DNA of 64,000 bases from a virus, in IMG/VR virus record IMGVR_UViG_3300028829_005735, positions 1 to 64,000 of that record, one strand, 5' to 3'. A model generated the notes under the pieces. That model had not been told where the DNA came from. It ran no database searches and was given only the letters and a program-made list of their open reading frames with translations. The position numbers and the translations under genes were made by a program. Positions 49,331 through 58,018 of this stretch are shown one piece after another; the first letter of the stretch is position 1; each line of letters opens with the position of its first letter.

Positions 49331-52300
49331 TTATTCAGCTATTGGATTGTGTTCTTTATAATAAGGTTTAGATATTGCATTTATAATTCTATCGATTTCA
49401 TATTCGATTGCCTCTGGATTTTGATATAATAATAAGTTTGGATCAAGATAATCATTAATATCCTTAAATACCTTTCTATCGGTTGTATGGTCCCATGAAT
49501 AGATATCTCCTGTTACAGCAACACCGGTTCCATCAAGACTTATTTTAATTCCCTCTGGTGTAAGATGATCACCTTTTTTGTAAGTATATCTACCTACGTC
49601 ACTTAACATTTGAGCCTTACTTCCTCCATTATGTGCCTCTTGAAGAAGTCTAGTTTGATGATGAGAGGTGTTTAAATCAAACTCATATACCTCACCACCT
49701 GTTACAGCAACTCTCATAGTTTGCCAATCGGATTTAGCAAGACCCGTTTTACCATCTTTAGGGTGGTGTTTACCACCTATAGCATTAAATTCAATACTAC
49801 TAATATCAAGGTCCCCACTCAATATGCTATTGATTATTTCATTTTTTTGATCATTAGTTCCTTCGTGCATATATTCAAAGTTACCTTGTGCAATTTGTTT
49901 TTTTCTGAATACACCTGTTCTTGCACCGTCTACATCTGCTGATACCATTACATTTAAGTAGTCTCGAATATCTTTAATTGTTCCCTGATCATCAACATTA
50001 AGCATGTCGGGATCCAATGTTGTATAGGTTGTACTCAATCTACTTCCGATTCCAGGCATATAAGGTTTTTCGTTTTTATACCCGTTCTCTTTATAGACAG
50101 CATCCATAGCTTCAGCATATAATCGACGACCGTTTTTAATAGTTTCACTAGTCATACCGTCGATGTCATACTTAAACCTACCATTTGCGTCTATAAAATC
50201 ATCGGCTGTATATACTTGTTTTCCTGCAAAATCTCCTGTCCCTTCTTCCCATATAAATTGTTGAAAGTATTTACTACCTTTCATTTCTGCTCTCAAAACT
50301 CTTTTGATATCCGTAGCATTATCTCTTTTACTTTCGGTATAACCATTATATGTTTCGTCTTGCACCTCATATTTTTTAGCTGCATCTTTATATGGTTTAC
50401 TGTTAAAATAATCATTAACCCCTTCTGACTTATTTCGAAGTTTAGTTTTATAAATTTTGTCACCTAAATAATTACTGTCTGCTACAAGCTTTTTTATTAC
50501 ATCTAAAGAAAGGTTTTTATCTAATTGAGTATCGCTTAAATGAAGTCCTCTAAGCTTTCCGTATGATCCTTTTCCCTTACCTTTAAGATGACCACCTTTA
50601 AGAGGAACTGCAGAGAAAAATAGATTTGATCCTCCTTCGTCAAAATCTTTATACAATGAACCTATATTATGTGTTTCTCCACTAGCTCCAACCCAAGTAA
50701 GAGTCCCGGAAGTAGTAGACCCACCAGTACTAATAAGATAATCATGAACAGTTTTTTGTAAAGATTTAAACTCATCAGAATCCTCATCTATAGTTTTAAG
50801 CCATTCTTCTGTAAACTTCTTAGCCAATTGCTGCTTTCCTTTTAATGCAGCCTGATCGTTTTGTTTAAAGTGTTTTTCTGCTTTCCCTTCTCCTGCATCA
50901 CCATCACTTTCAGTACCTGTGGTTCGCACCCATTGTGTTCCCGATTCGGCAGCTTTTATAGCAGAATTTACTTCGTTAATACGAGTACCTAATTTCTCGT
51001 TTACTATTTTTTTATCTTCTTTACTTAAGTTCTCGTAACCTATTTTTGCAACTTTTTTGTAGTATTTTTGTTTTGCAGGATCGGTATGTCCTTCTGCAAC
51101 AAAAGACATCATATCATTTACGTCTTTCGGTTCATAATCAGACCAGTTATATCCAGAAAAATCCTCCCCTTCTTCTCTTTGTGGCAAAGGGTTTCCCAAA
51201 TTTTCTGAAAGCCATTCTCCTGCTTTTTTGAAAAGGCCCATAAGTCCACCGGTAGCTTCACTACCACCACCATCAGCACCATCACCGGCAGTTACCTGTC
51301 CACCTCCCATTTCTAGTATGGTATTGTAGTCTGGGTTATCTTTCAATACTTTACCCCAAGTTGTTCCACCTTTTTCATCTAAAAGTGCTGCTTGTTGTTC
51401 AGTAATCCACTTTGCTCTAGCTGTTTTCACCTTCTCATTATGAGCCATGGCAGCAACTCTCTTGGGATCGGAGGGATTCTTCCCTTTTTTTGAAAGGTCA
51501 GTAGCGGTATAATAATCGAATTTTTTATTAGCAGCAGCTACAATCTCAGACATAGCCTGCTCCCCTTTACCTCCAAAAGCTTTAGTGAATCGTTTGTTAA
51601 TCGTGTGAGCAATACTCATGCCTCCACCACCTTCACCTTTGAATTCAGCTAAGTCAAGTCGGCCTTGTTGTTTTACATTTTCAAGTTCTAAACGACCTTT
51701 CTGCTTGACACCTTCTAAAGATACGTTGTATCCATGTTGAATCCTCATTTTAGCTTTCTCATCTAGTTCTAATAATGTTTCTTCATCTCTATGAGAAAGA
51801 GTTTTAGCAGTACTTCGTAACTCTGCATCTAGTTTAATTAATCCTGAAGCTTGGTCAAGTTGGTGACCGATATTACGAATAACACGATGGTTATTTGCAT
51901 TCTTTAAAGCTGTTTGAGAAATTTCAGCAAATCCTTTTGCCTTATCCGATAACCCTTTTAATTGCGATAACTCTACATACTTAACATAATTTGCATCACC
52001 TATACGCATCAAGCCCTTATCTTTCATTTTTTCTAGGGCTTTTAGTTGACGATCGATACTTTCATTATCGGCACCAATCTCTATAGCAATTTTATTAACG
52101 GCTTCGTTTAACGTTTTAGATTGTTCGGTAATATAGCCTACCTCTGCTTCTTGCATCGTTTTAAAGTTTCCTGCATTTATCTGGTTTGTTGCCCAATCTT
52201 TTCTTTCGTTATACGATTCAACTTCAAATTGTTTTTGGTATCCAGGATTATCAGCATATAATTTATCGAACAACTCCGTAAGAGGAGTTTCAAGCAGTCT

Positions 52301-52918
52301 TCCGTTTTTTGTGGTAACTTTATAGTCACCCATAATATCTTCTTTGGTAATATTTAGTCCAGATTCTTTAGCGGCCACCATTGCCTTTTCCATTATATTA
52401 TGGTAAGGAACGAACTCGGCATTTTCAAAAGTAAGAGAATCTTTATTATCAGTTTCAGCAAACTCTTGACGTTTGTATTGCATATATTTCATTCCACCAT
52501 CCCAATACTCTCCACCACACTTCTCAGGATCGATACAGTTTTTATACTGTTCGGCACGTTGTAATTGATTTTGGTAGTTCTTGGTCCATACCATATCTTT
52601 TACAAGGTAGTCGTTATCATATACTTGAGTGAATACATTTTGAGCTTTGTTTACATTGGATTGTTTTGATAAATCAATCCCTGCAATTTTCTTTAAATCT
52701 CCATCAATAAGTTTGAAGAAATCATCTCTGGCTTCAATATTACTTTCACGAGTAAGACCTGCGTTGAGAATCTTACCGTACATATCACTAAGTTGCTTAT
52801 GACCTTGATCATATTTAGATTGACGAGCCGACAATAATTGACTCTCAAACTGCAAGTTTGGTTGAGGTGGTCTTACACTCGTAATCTTATCTGTAACACC
52901 TTGTAAATACGTAGCCAT
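49331..52918 (-). CDS. virion cargo protein
   Basis: 1195 aa; MATYLQGVTD N-terminus, coiled-coil. Confidence 0.75.
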   Translation of the reverse strand: MATYLQGVTDKITSVRPPQPNLQFESQLLSARQSKYDQGHKQLSDMYGKILNAGLTRESNIEARDDFFKLIDGDLKKIAGIDLSKQSNVNKAQNVFTQVYDNDYLVKDMVWTKNYQNQLQRAEQYKNCIDPEKCGGEYWDGGMKYMQYKRQEFAETDNKDSLTFENAEFVPYHNIMEKAMVAAKESGLNITKEDIMGDYKVTTKNGRLLETPLTELFDKLYADNPGYQKQFEVESYNERKDWATNQINAGNFKTMQEAEVGYITEQSKTLNEAVNKIAIEIGADNESIDRQLKALEKMKDKGLMRIGDANYVKYVELSQLKGLSDKAKGFAEISQTALKNANNHRVIRNIGHQLDQASGLIKLDAELRSTAKTLSHRDEETLLELDEKAKMRIQHGYNVSLEGVKQKGRLELENVKQQGRLDLAEFKGEGGGGMSIAHTINKRFTKAFGGKGEQAMSEIVAAANKKFDYYTATDLSKKGKNPSDPKRVAAMAHNEKVKTARAKWITEQQAALLDEKGGTTWGKVLKDNPDYNTILEMGGGQVTAGDGADGGGSEATGGLMGLFKKAGEWLSENLGNPLPQREEGEDFSGYNWSDYEPKDVNDMMSFVAEGHTDPAKQKYYKKVAKIGYENLSKEDKKIVNEKLGTRINEVNSAIKAAESGTQWVRTTGTESDGDAGEGKAEKHFKQNDQAALKGKQQLAKKFTEEWLKTIDEDSDEFKSLQKTVHDYLISTGGSTTSGTLTWVGASGETHNIGSLYKDFDEGGSNLFFSAVPLKGGHLKGKGKGSYGKLRGLHLSDTQLDKNLSLDVIKKLVADSNYLGDKIYKTKLRNKSEGVNDYFNSKPYKDAAKKYEVQDETYNGYTESKRDNATDIKRVLRAEMKGSKYFQQFIWEEGTGDFAGKQVYTADDFIDANGRFKYDIDGMTSETIKNGRRLYAEAMDAVYKENGYKNEKPYMPGIGSRLSTTYTTLDPDMLNVDDQGTIKDIRDYLNVMVSADVDGARTGVFRKKQIAQGNFEYMHEGTNDQKNEIINSILSGDLDISSIEFNAIGGKHHPKDGKTGLAKSDWQTMRVAVTGGEVYEFDLNTSHHQTRLLQEAHNGGSKAQMLSDVGRYTYKKGDHLTPEGIKISLDGTGVAVTGDIYSWDHTTDRKVFKDINDYLDPNLLLYQNPEAIEYEIDRIINAISKPYYKEHNPIAE

Positions 52919-52933
52919 TGTTTACTGTTTTTT

Positions 52934-52941
52934 CAAAAATA
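52934..52941 (-). promoter_or_regulatory. possible Bacteroidota -7 promoter box (TATTTTTG)
   Basis: TAnnTTTG on the - strand 15 bp before ATG 52918, in the only sizeable gap of the late arm; no clear -33 box. Confidence 0.4.
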
Positions 52942-52967
52942 CTAATTTAATACTAAACATTTTTTAG

Positions 52968-54989
52968 TTAAGTAGTTGATTCAGGATATGGAATCTGCTG
53001 AACATCATATTTTCCTGAGTGCTGTGCCATTGCAAGTTTGGCAATTACGGATTCGTCAGTTCCTGGCGGAAGTGAGTTTGCAAGATCATTATATGTATCA
53101 GCTACTGTTTTCTGTCCACCCATTGTTGGACCGAAATCTTTCCCTTTAATGAACTCGTGAATTCCTGTATTTGGATCCTTAGCAAATTGTTCACCAATAG
53201 TAGCCTCGAGATTCAATCTATCAGCACGTTCTTGCCACATAGCAATCTCGTTCTCTGCGATATTTGTATCTGCAGCAATCATTGAATTTGAATATTGTTG
53301 TTTCAATGCTGTAGTCTTATCGTGATGCCCCGTAATAGCATTTGCCAATCTTTCTGCTGAACGATTTGCAATTTGTGTATTAGCCATCTGCTCACGATTG
53401 TAAGCCTGAACATTTTTATCTTCGTATTGGCCAATTACTTTCCCCATCATATCAAACTGCTGACCTGCTAGGAAGTTAGCCGTTTGTTGTTGTTGTGGAG
53501 CAAACATTGCTTGCTTTGTCCCTTGGGTGTTAACCATGGACTGTATTTGATTAATAACGTTATCCGGACTATAATATGCTTGGTCAGCATAATAAGTTTC
53601 AGGAACAGCCGTCATTGGCTTTAGGTATTGAATGTTTCTTTTGTTCTTCTTTGCTTGTTTTAAAGCACGTTTGTTAGACCAAAGGAAATCCATATTACGT
53701 TCTGTCTCTGGAGTCACCTCAAGAGGTTCTATATCCCATTTGTAAAGCTCATCAACAACTGCTGGATCAGCTTCAACTTCTACAACCTTTCCATCAATAG
53801 TTTTGTATGCTTTGTAGTACCCATCTCCTTGGTGAATATACTTAAGGCCATCTTGTTCAGGTGCATTCTTATACGCATCGGTTGCCGTAAGTTTATCCAT
53901 TTCCTTTTGGGAAATTTGTGTGATATCAGAATTAACCATTCTATACCACCACTTACCATCTTCATAGGCATCGGCAACATTAGCGGCATTAAGAGTACCA
54001 TCTTTAAGCATCAATCGAAGGTCCTCATTTGTATAAGTACCATCTTCTCCTGAAGGCTTGTACTTACTTTTATGACCTTCCATAATTGACTGAAGCTTAT
54101 CGTTTGGTCTATGACTTTTTGTAGTTGTTTCACCAACATCTGTTGTCATGAAATCAAAAATCAAATCTGGATTTGTTTCAATAGCTTTTAATTGAACCTC
54201 TCTCATTCTTGATTTTACAGCTGAAGGTGGAGCATCTTTATCGATTAAAGGAAGACCATAAATCTTCATGTACTTATTCAATCGTTCAATACCTTCTTCA
54301 GTATAAGCTTGGCTCTCATCATATGGTGGAGCACGTTTAATCTCATCTCCTTTAGCAGCTTTAGGAAGTGTACGGAACCTAACTTCTGAACCATATCTAA
54401 ATTCAGGATTACCTTCCGGTGATGCACCTTCAACTTGTTGAACTTGCTCTTGCTCTCCACTTGCACCAAATATTTGTTCATAGTCTAAACCAATTCTCTC
54501 TAAGAATGGTTCGAAATGTTTTGAATGCTCACCAGGAGCACCTTTCTTTTCGTGAAATTCCTGAATAGTAAATAGAGCACTTAACTTAAAGGCACTGTTT
54601 TCTAAGTTTTTTTTTAAAGATTCAGTTCTAATCTTGTCAATACTTTCATCTTTAAGTTCTTCTTGAGATTTTGTAACGTCATACTTCTTTGAAATTTGAG
54701 CAAATGTTTTTGGCTTTTTGCCACTCTCACCAAAAAACTTTAGGATAACTGGATCTTTAACCTTTAATGAATCGGAATATATTGCAGTTCCTTCAGGCAC
54801 ACCAAGAGGTGTACCACCTTCACTATGTTTCTTACCACCAATGCCAACAAGTATCTTTTGATTACTTACGTTGTCTTTGGTAAGCATAGTTTCTCCCTTT
54901 TCAGCCTCGACGTTAGCCTGATTTCTAGGCACACCTTGAGTGGTATGCATGCCTGGAGTTTCCTCTATTTTGAATCTCTTACCTGCCAT
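52968..54989 (-). CDS. virion cargo protein (EAEKGE...GKKHSEGG family)
   Basis: 673 aa; N-terminal NVEAEKGE / GGKKHSEGGTP motif seen in crAss-like structural proteins. Confidence 0.75.
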   Translation of the reverse strand: MAGKRFKIEETPGMHTTQGVPRNQANVEAEKGETMLTKDNVSNQKILVGIGGKKHSEGGTPLGVPEGTAIYSDSLKVKDPVILKFFGESGKKPKTFAQISKKYDVTKSQEELKDESIDKIRTESLKKNLENSAFKLSALFTIQEFHEKKGAPGEHSKHFEPFLERIGLDYEQIFGASGEQEQVQQVEGASPEGNPEFRYGSEVRFRTLPKAAKGDEIKRAPPYDESQAYTEEGIERLNKYMKIYGLPLIDKDAPPSAVKSRMREVQLKAIETNPDLIFDFMTTDVGETTTKSHRPNDKLQSIMEGHKSKYKPSGEDGTYTNEDLRLMLKDGTLNAANVADAYEDGKWWYRMVNSDITQISQKEMDKLTATDAYKNAPEQDGLKYIHQGDGYYKAYKTIDGKVVEVEADPAVVDELYKWDIEPLEVTPETERNMDFLWSNKRALKQAKKNKRNIQYLKPMTAVPETYYADQAYYSPDNVINQIQSMVNTQGTKQAMFAPQQQQTANFLAGQQFDMMGKVIGQYEDKNVQAYNREQMANTQIANRSAERLANAITGHHDKTTALKQQYSNSMIAADTNIAENEIAMWQERADRLNLEATIGEQFAKDPNTGIHEFIKGKDFGPTMGGQKTVADTYNDLANSLPPGTDESVIAKLAMAQHSGKYDVQQIPYPESTT

Positions 54990-57900
54990 TAGTATAATTG
55001 TTTAACCTTATATCCTAAATTCTCCATCATCTTTAATTGGTCTGGAGTAAGTGTTAGTTCTTCACCTACCTGCATTCCTGCTTTAGCCAGCACTAGACCA
55101 CCATGCTTTAATCCGTATCCCAATCTACCTGAACTTCTACCAAAGAAGTCATCTGTAAACTTCTGACCTTTCTGACCGTATTGACCTTGAGTACGATTAG
55201 TACCTGCTAAAATATCAGCACCAGTATCTTGAGGAAGTTGTCTTCCTGTATTACGATCGTATAGACCTTCATCTCCAGAACTTGGAGGAACTACTCCAAA
55301 CTTTCTGTCAACCGACTGCATTGAGCGTTCTTCTTCAGGACTCATCACGGTATTCATTCCTTCAAGGAATTCGTTGAACATTGAACCACCTTCGTAAAGA
55401 ACATCTGCCATGGCACCATAATCTACATCATATTCATATAGAGGTTTAAATTTAGCTACCTCATCTCCTTTTTTAGATGTAGGAATATAGTATTCAAGCA
55501 TTCCAGTCTTACCACCATATCTGAATTCAGGTGGCATTTCTCCAGCAGCAACTCCTGACATACTACGAACCATCTCTACGTTGTCTAAAGCATCGTTTAA
55601 TTGAGCTTGTGTTGGGTTTTTAATTCCTCGTGCACGAAGATTTGCTTCAGCAATATTATAAGTAGCATCAACCTCATTACCATAATCGTTTTGACCAGCT
55701 GTAGCGTTAATAATAATACTAGGATCATTTGACTCAACACCACGTTCATCTCCTCGTTGGATTTGTTCTTCTCCAGTTTTAGTTGAAGTTGCAGTACGAG
55801 GTTTACCACCTGCAGAATCTACTATAGATTGTTGCCAACCTTTTCCAAATCTTCTATCGACTCGTCCTTGTTTTCGAGCATCTCTTCTTTCCCCTCGTTC
55901 TGTTCGTCTTTGTGTTCCGGCTAATTTTCGACCTTCTTTTCTTTCCCACCTGTCTATGTCACCACTTCGGTCAGTATCGAAAGCTCTGTTTCGGTTTTGC
56001 TTACGGGTTAATCCGTTTGTCACAATAGCATCAGTATTGACTTGTTGCGTAGGATTAACCTTATGTGACAACCCTTGATTCTCAGCTTCTTCCTGAGTCA
56101 TTTGCACTTCGTTTCCATCTGCATCTATAGCTGTAACCATAGCATCTGCTGCATTATACCCTTCGGTATTTACAGGATTTCCATCAGCATCGGTTTCCAC
56201 AACATTACCTTGTTCGTCAACCAACTCCTCTTGCCCCGTAACAGGATTGAAGCTAATCTTTAATCGTTCCCGACTTCCGAAAATACCATTTCTACTTTTA
56301 TAATCAATATCAGAAATACCCGATTGCCTTGCATAGAATTCTTCTGGACTCATACTACCCTGAACACCAACTTGTCTACGATTAACAATATTAGACATGG
56401 CATTTAAAAAGCTAGGGTTTAATGCTCGTCTTCCAGACATACCCCATTGAGGTTCTCCATTTATGTTCCATCCTTCTTTAACTCTATCAGGATCATTTGC
56501 TTGACCAGCATCTGGATCACCTCCCGGATCTTCATCCTTAACGGCAACCATCTTTCCGTCAACATATTTATATGTTACACCTTCTTCATATTCAGTCTCA
56601 GCATTCTTTTGGTCCTCGGCATCTCTCTCCTCTTGAGTTAATGCAGCTCGTCTTTCTTCTTCTTTTTTAGCCTCTTGCTCTGGAGTAAGGACTACAGGAA
56701 CGTTTTCGTCAGTTATATCTGCGTTTGCATCTACTTTAGGTGGAGCAGTTGGACCTGTGTATCCTGCTTGCTCTGCAGCACCTCCTATACTTCTTGATAA
56801 ATTTTGTTGTTCTTCAGGAGTCATAGCATCAAACTCTTCACGAGTCTTATTATGCATCTGTAAATCCATATCTGTTACAGAATCTATTGCGGCTTGATTA
56901 GCTTCGGCTGTTGCTTTAGCTTCTGCAGTAAACTGAGCCATATCAGTTTTGAATTTCTCTAACCCGGCATCATCAAGTAAAAGATCGTCTGGGCTATTGC
57001 TCCATTCAGTTTGTTCAAAGGTATATCCTTTCTCCATTGCAGCCTTACCGAAGTCTGAATTTTCCCATATTCCTTTACTAATTTCTACAGCGATATCTGT
57101 CCATTCCGGATTATTTTCTACAGAAGGATCTTCAATCATATTGTAGTTACTCATGTTCTGTAACTCCTCTACAGTCTCAACCCCATACTTATCTTTAATA
57201 AATTGAGGAAGTTCTGTTCCATCCCATCTAGGAACTCCATCTGGACCAACTTCAATACCATCTTTTGCCATTGGCATCTGAGGTGGTAGTTGTTGAAACT
57301 GAGGGGCACCTTGCCCGTTAGCAAAACGTTGGTTAACCTTATTCATGGCATAACCCGAAAACAATTTCTTTTGTAATGCATTCTTTAATCCCGTAGTGTA
57401 AGCCTCTGTAGAAGATGAATCTAATTCGGATGCATCAGTCTTCCCACCAGTCTTATACATTTTGATAAGGTTCTTTCTTACATCATTAAAATCAATAGTG
57501 TTACCATCAAAGACAATCCCCCCACCTTGCATGTTGTCAATAGCATATTGAGCTCCTGCATTTGGGTTATGACTAGCACCAGGCATCATGGTTCCATCTG
57601 GCATCCTATGAGTTGCTCCTCCAAACTTCATTTGAGGTTGACCTTGGCCACCACCTTGTGATTGTTGAACAGCTTGAGCCATCTGCTGGATAGCTTGTTG
57701 TTGTTCTTCACTGCTCATACCTTCAAGACTCTGCATAATTTCTTCAGGAGCTTGTTGATTCATTTGAGCAAATGCCACTATTATTTGTTGGATTTGTGCT
57801 TCTGGACCTGCAGGTTGCTGCATTCCGTTTTGTGCTTTTCTTAAAGGTCGTCTCATAACATCGGTCTTACTTAAAGATAAGAAATTTTGTTGAGGTTTAG

Positions 57901-58018
57901 TAACTAATTTTTGTTTAGTCTTAGCATTGTTTTTTTCACCCTCTCGTAGTGACTTACTGTTTACTGCAGTTGAAGGTCTTGAAGTAAGGGGTCTATATGC
58001 GTTTTCATTAAAGCTCAT
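54989..58018 (-). CDS. low-complexity virion cargo protein with xxGG repeats
   Basis: 1009 aa; Gln-rich, acidic and basic blocks; ends with LTPDQLKMMENLGYKV. Confidence 0.72.
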   Translation of the reverse strand: MSFNENAYRPLTSRPSTAVNSKSLREGEKNNAKTKQKLVTKPQQNFLSLSKTDVMRRPLRKAQNGMQQPAGPEAQIQQIIVAFAQMNQQAPEEIMQSLEGMSSEEQQQAIQQMAQAVQQSQGGGQGQPQMKFGGATHRMPDGTMMPGASHNPNAGAQYAIDNMQGGGIVFDGNTIDFNDVRKNLIKMYKTGGKTDASELDSSSTEAYTTGLKNALQKKLFSGYAMNKVNQRFANGQGAPQFQQLPPQMPMAKDGIEVGPDGVPRWDGTELPQFIKDKYGVETVEELQNMSNYNMIEDPSVENNPEWTDIAVEISKGIWENSDFGKAAMEKGYTFEQTEWSNSPDDLLLDDAGLEKFKTDMAQFTAEAKATAEANQAAIDSVTDMDLQMHNKTREEFDAMTPEEQQNLSRSIGGAAEQAGYTGPTAPPKVDANADITDENVPVVLTPEQEAKKEEERRAALTQEERDAEDQKNAETEYEEGVTYKYVDGKMVAVKDEDPGGDPDAGQANDPDRVKEGWNINGEPQWGMSGRRALNPSFLNAMSNIVNRRQVGVQGSMSPEEFYARQSGISDIDYKSRNGIFGSRERLKISFNPVTGQEELVDEQGNVVETDADGNPVNTEGYNAADAMVTAIDADGNEVQMTQEEAENQGLSHKVNPTQQVNTDAIVTNGLTRKQNRNRAFDTDRSGDIDRWERKEGRKLAGTQRRTERGERRDARKQGRVDRRFGKGWQQSIVDSAGGKPRTATSTKTGEEQIQRGDERGVESNDPSIIINATAGQNDYGNEVDATYNIAEANLRARGIKNPTQAQLNDALDNVEMVRSMSGVAAGEMPPEFRYGGKTGMLEYYIPTSKKGDEVAKFKPLYEYDVDYGAMADVLYEGGSMFNEFLEGMNTVMSPEEERSMQSVDRKFGVVPPSSGDEGLYDRNTGRQLPQDTGADILAGTNRTQGQYGQKGQKFTDDFFGRSSGRLGYGLKHGGLVLAKAGMQVGEELTLTPDQLKMMENLGYKVKQLY

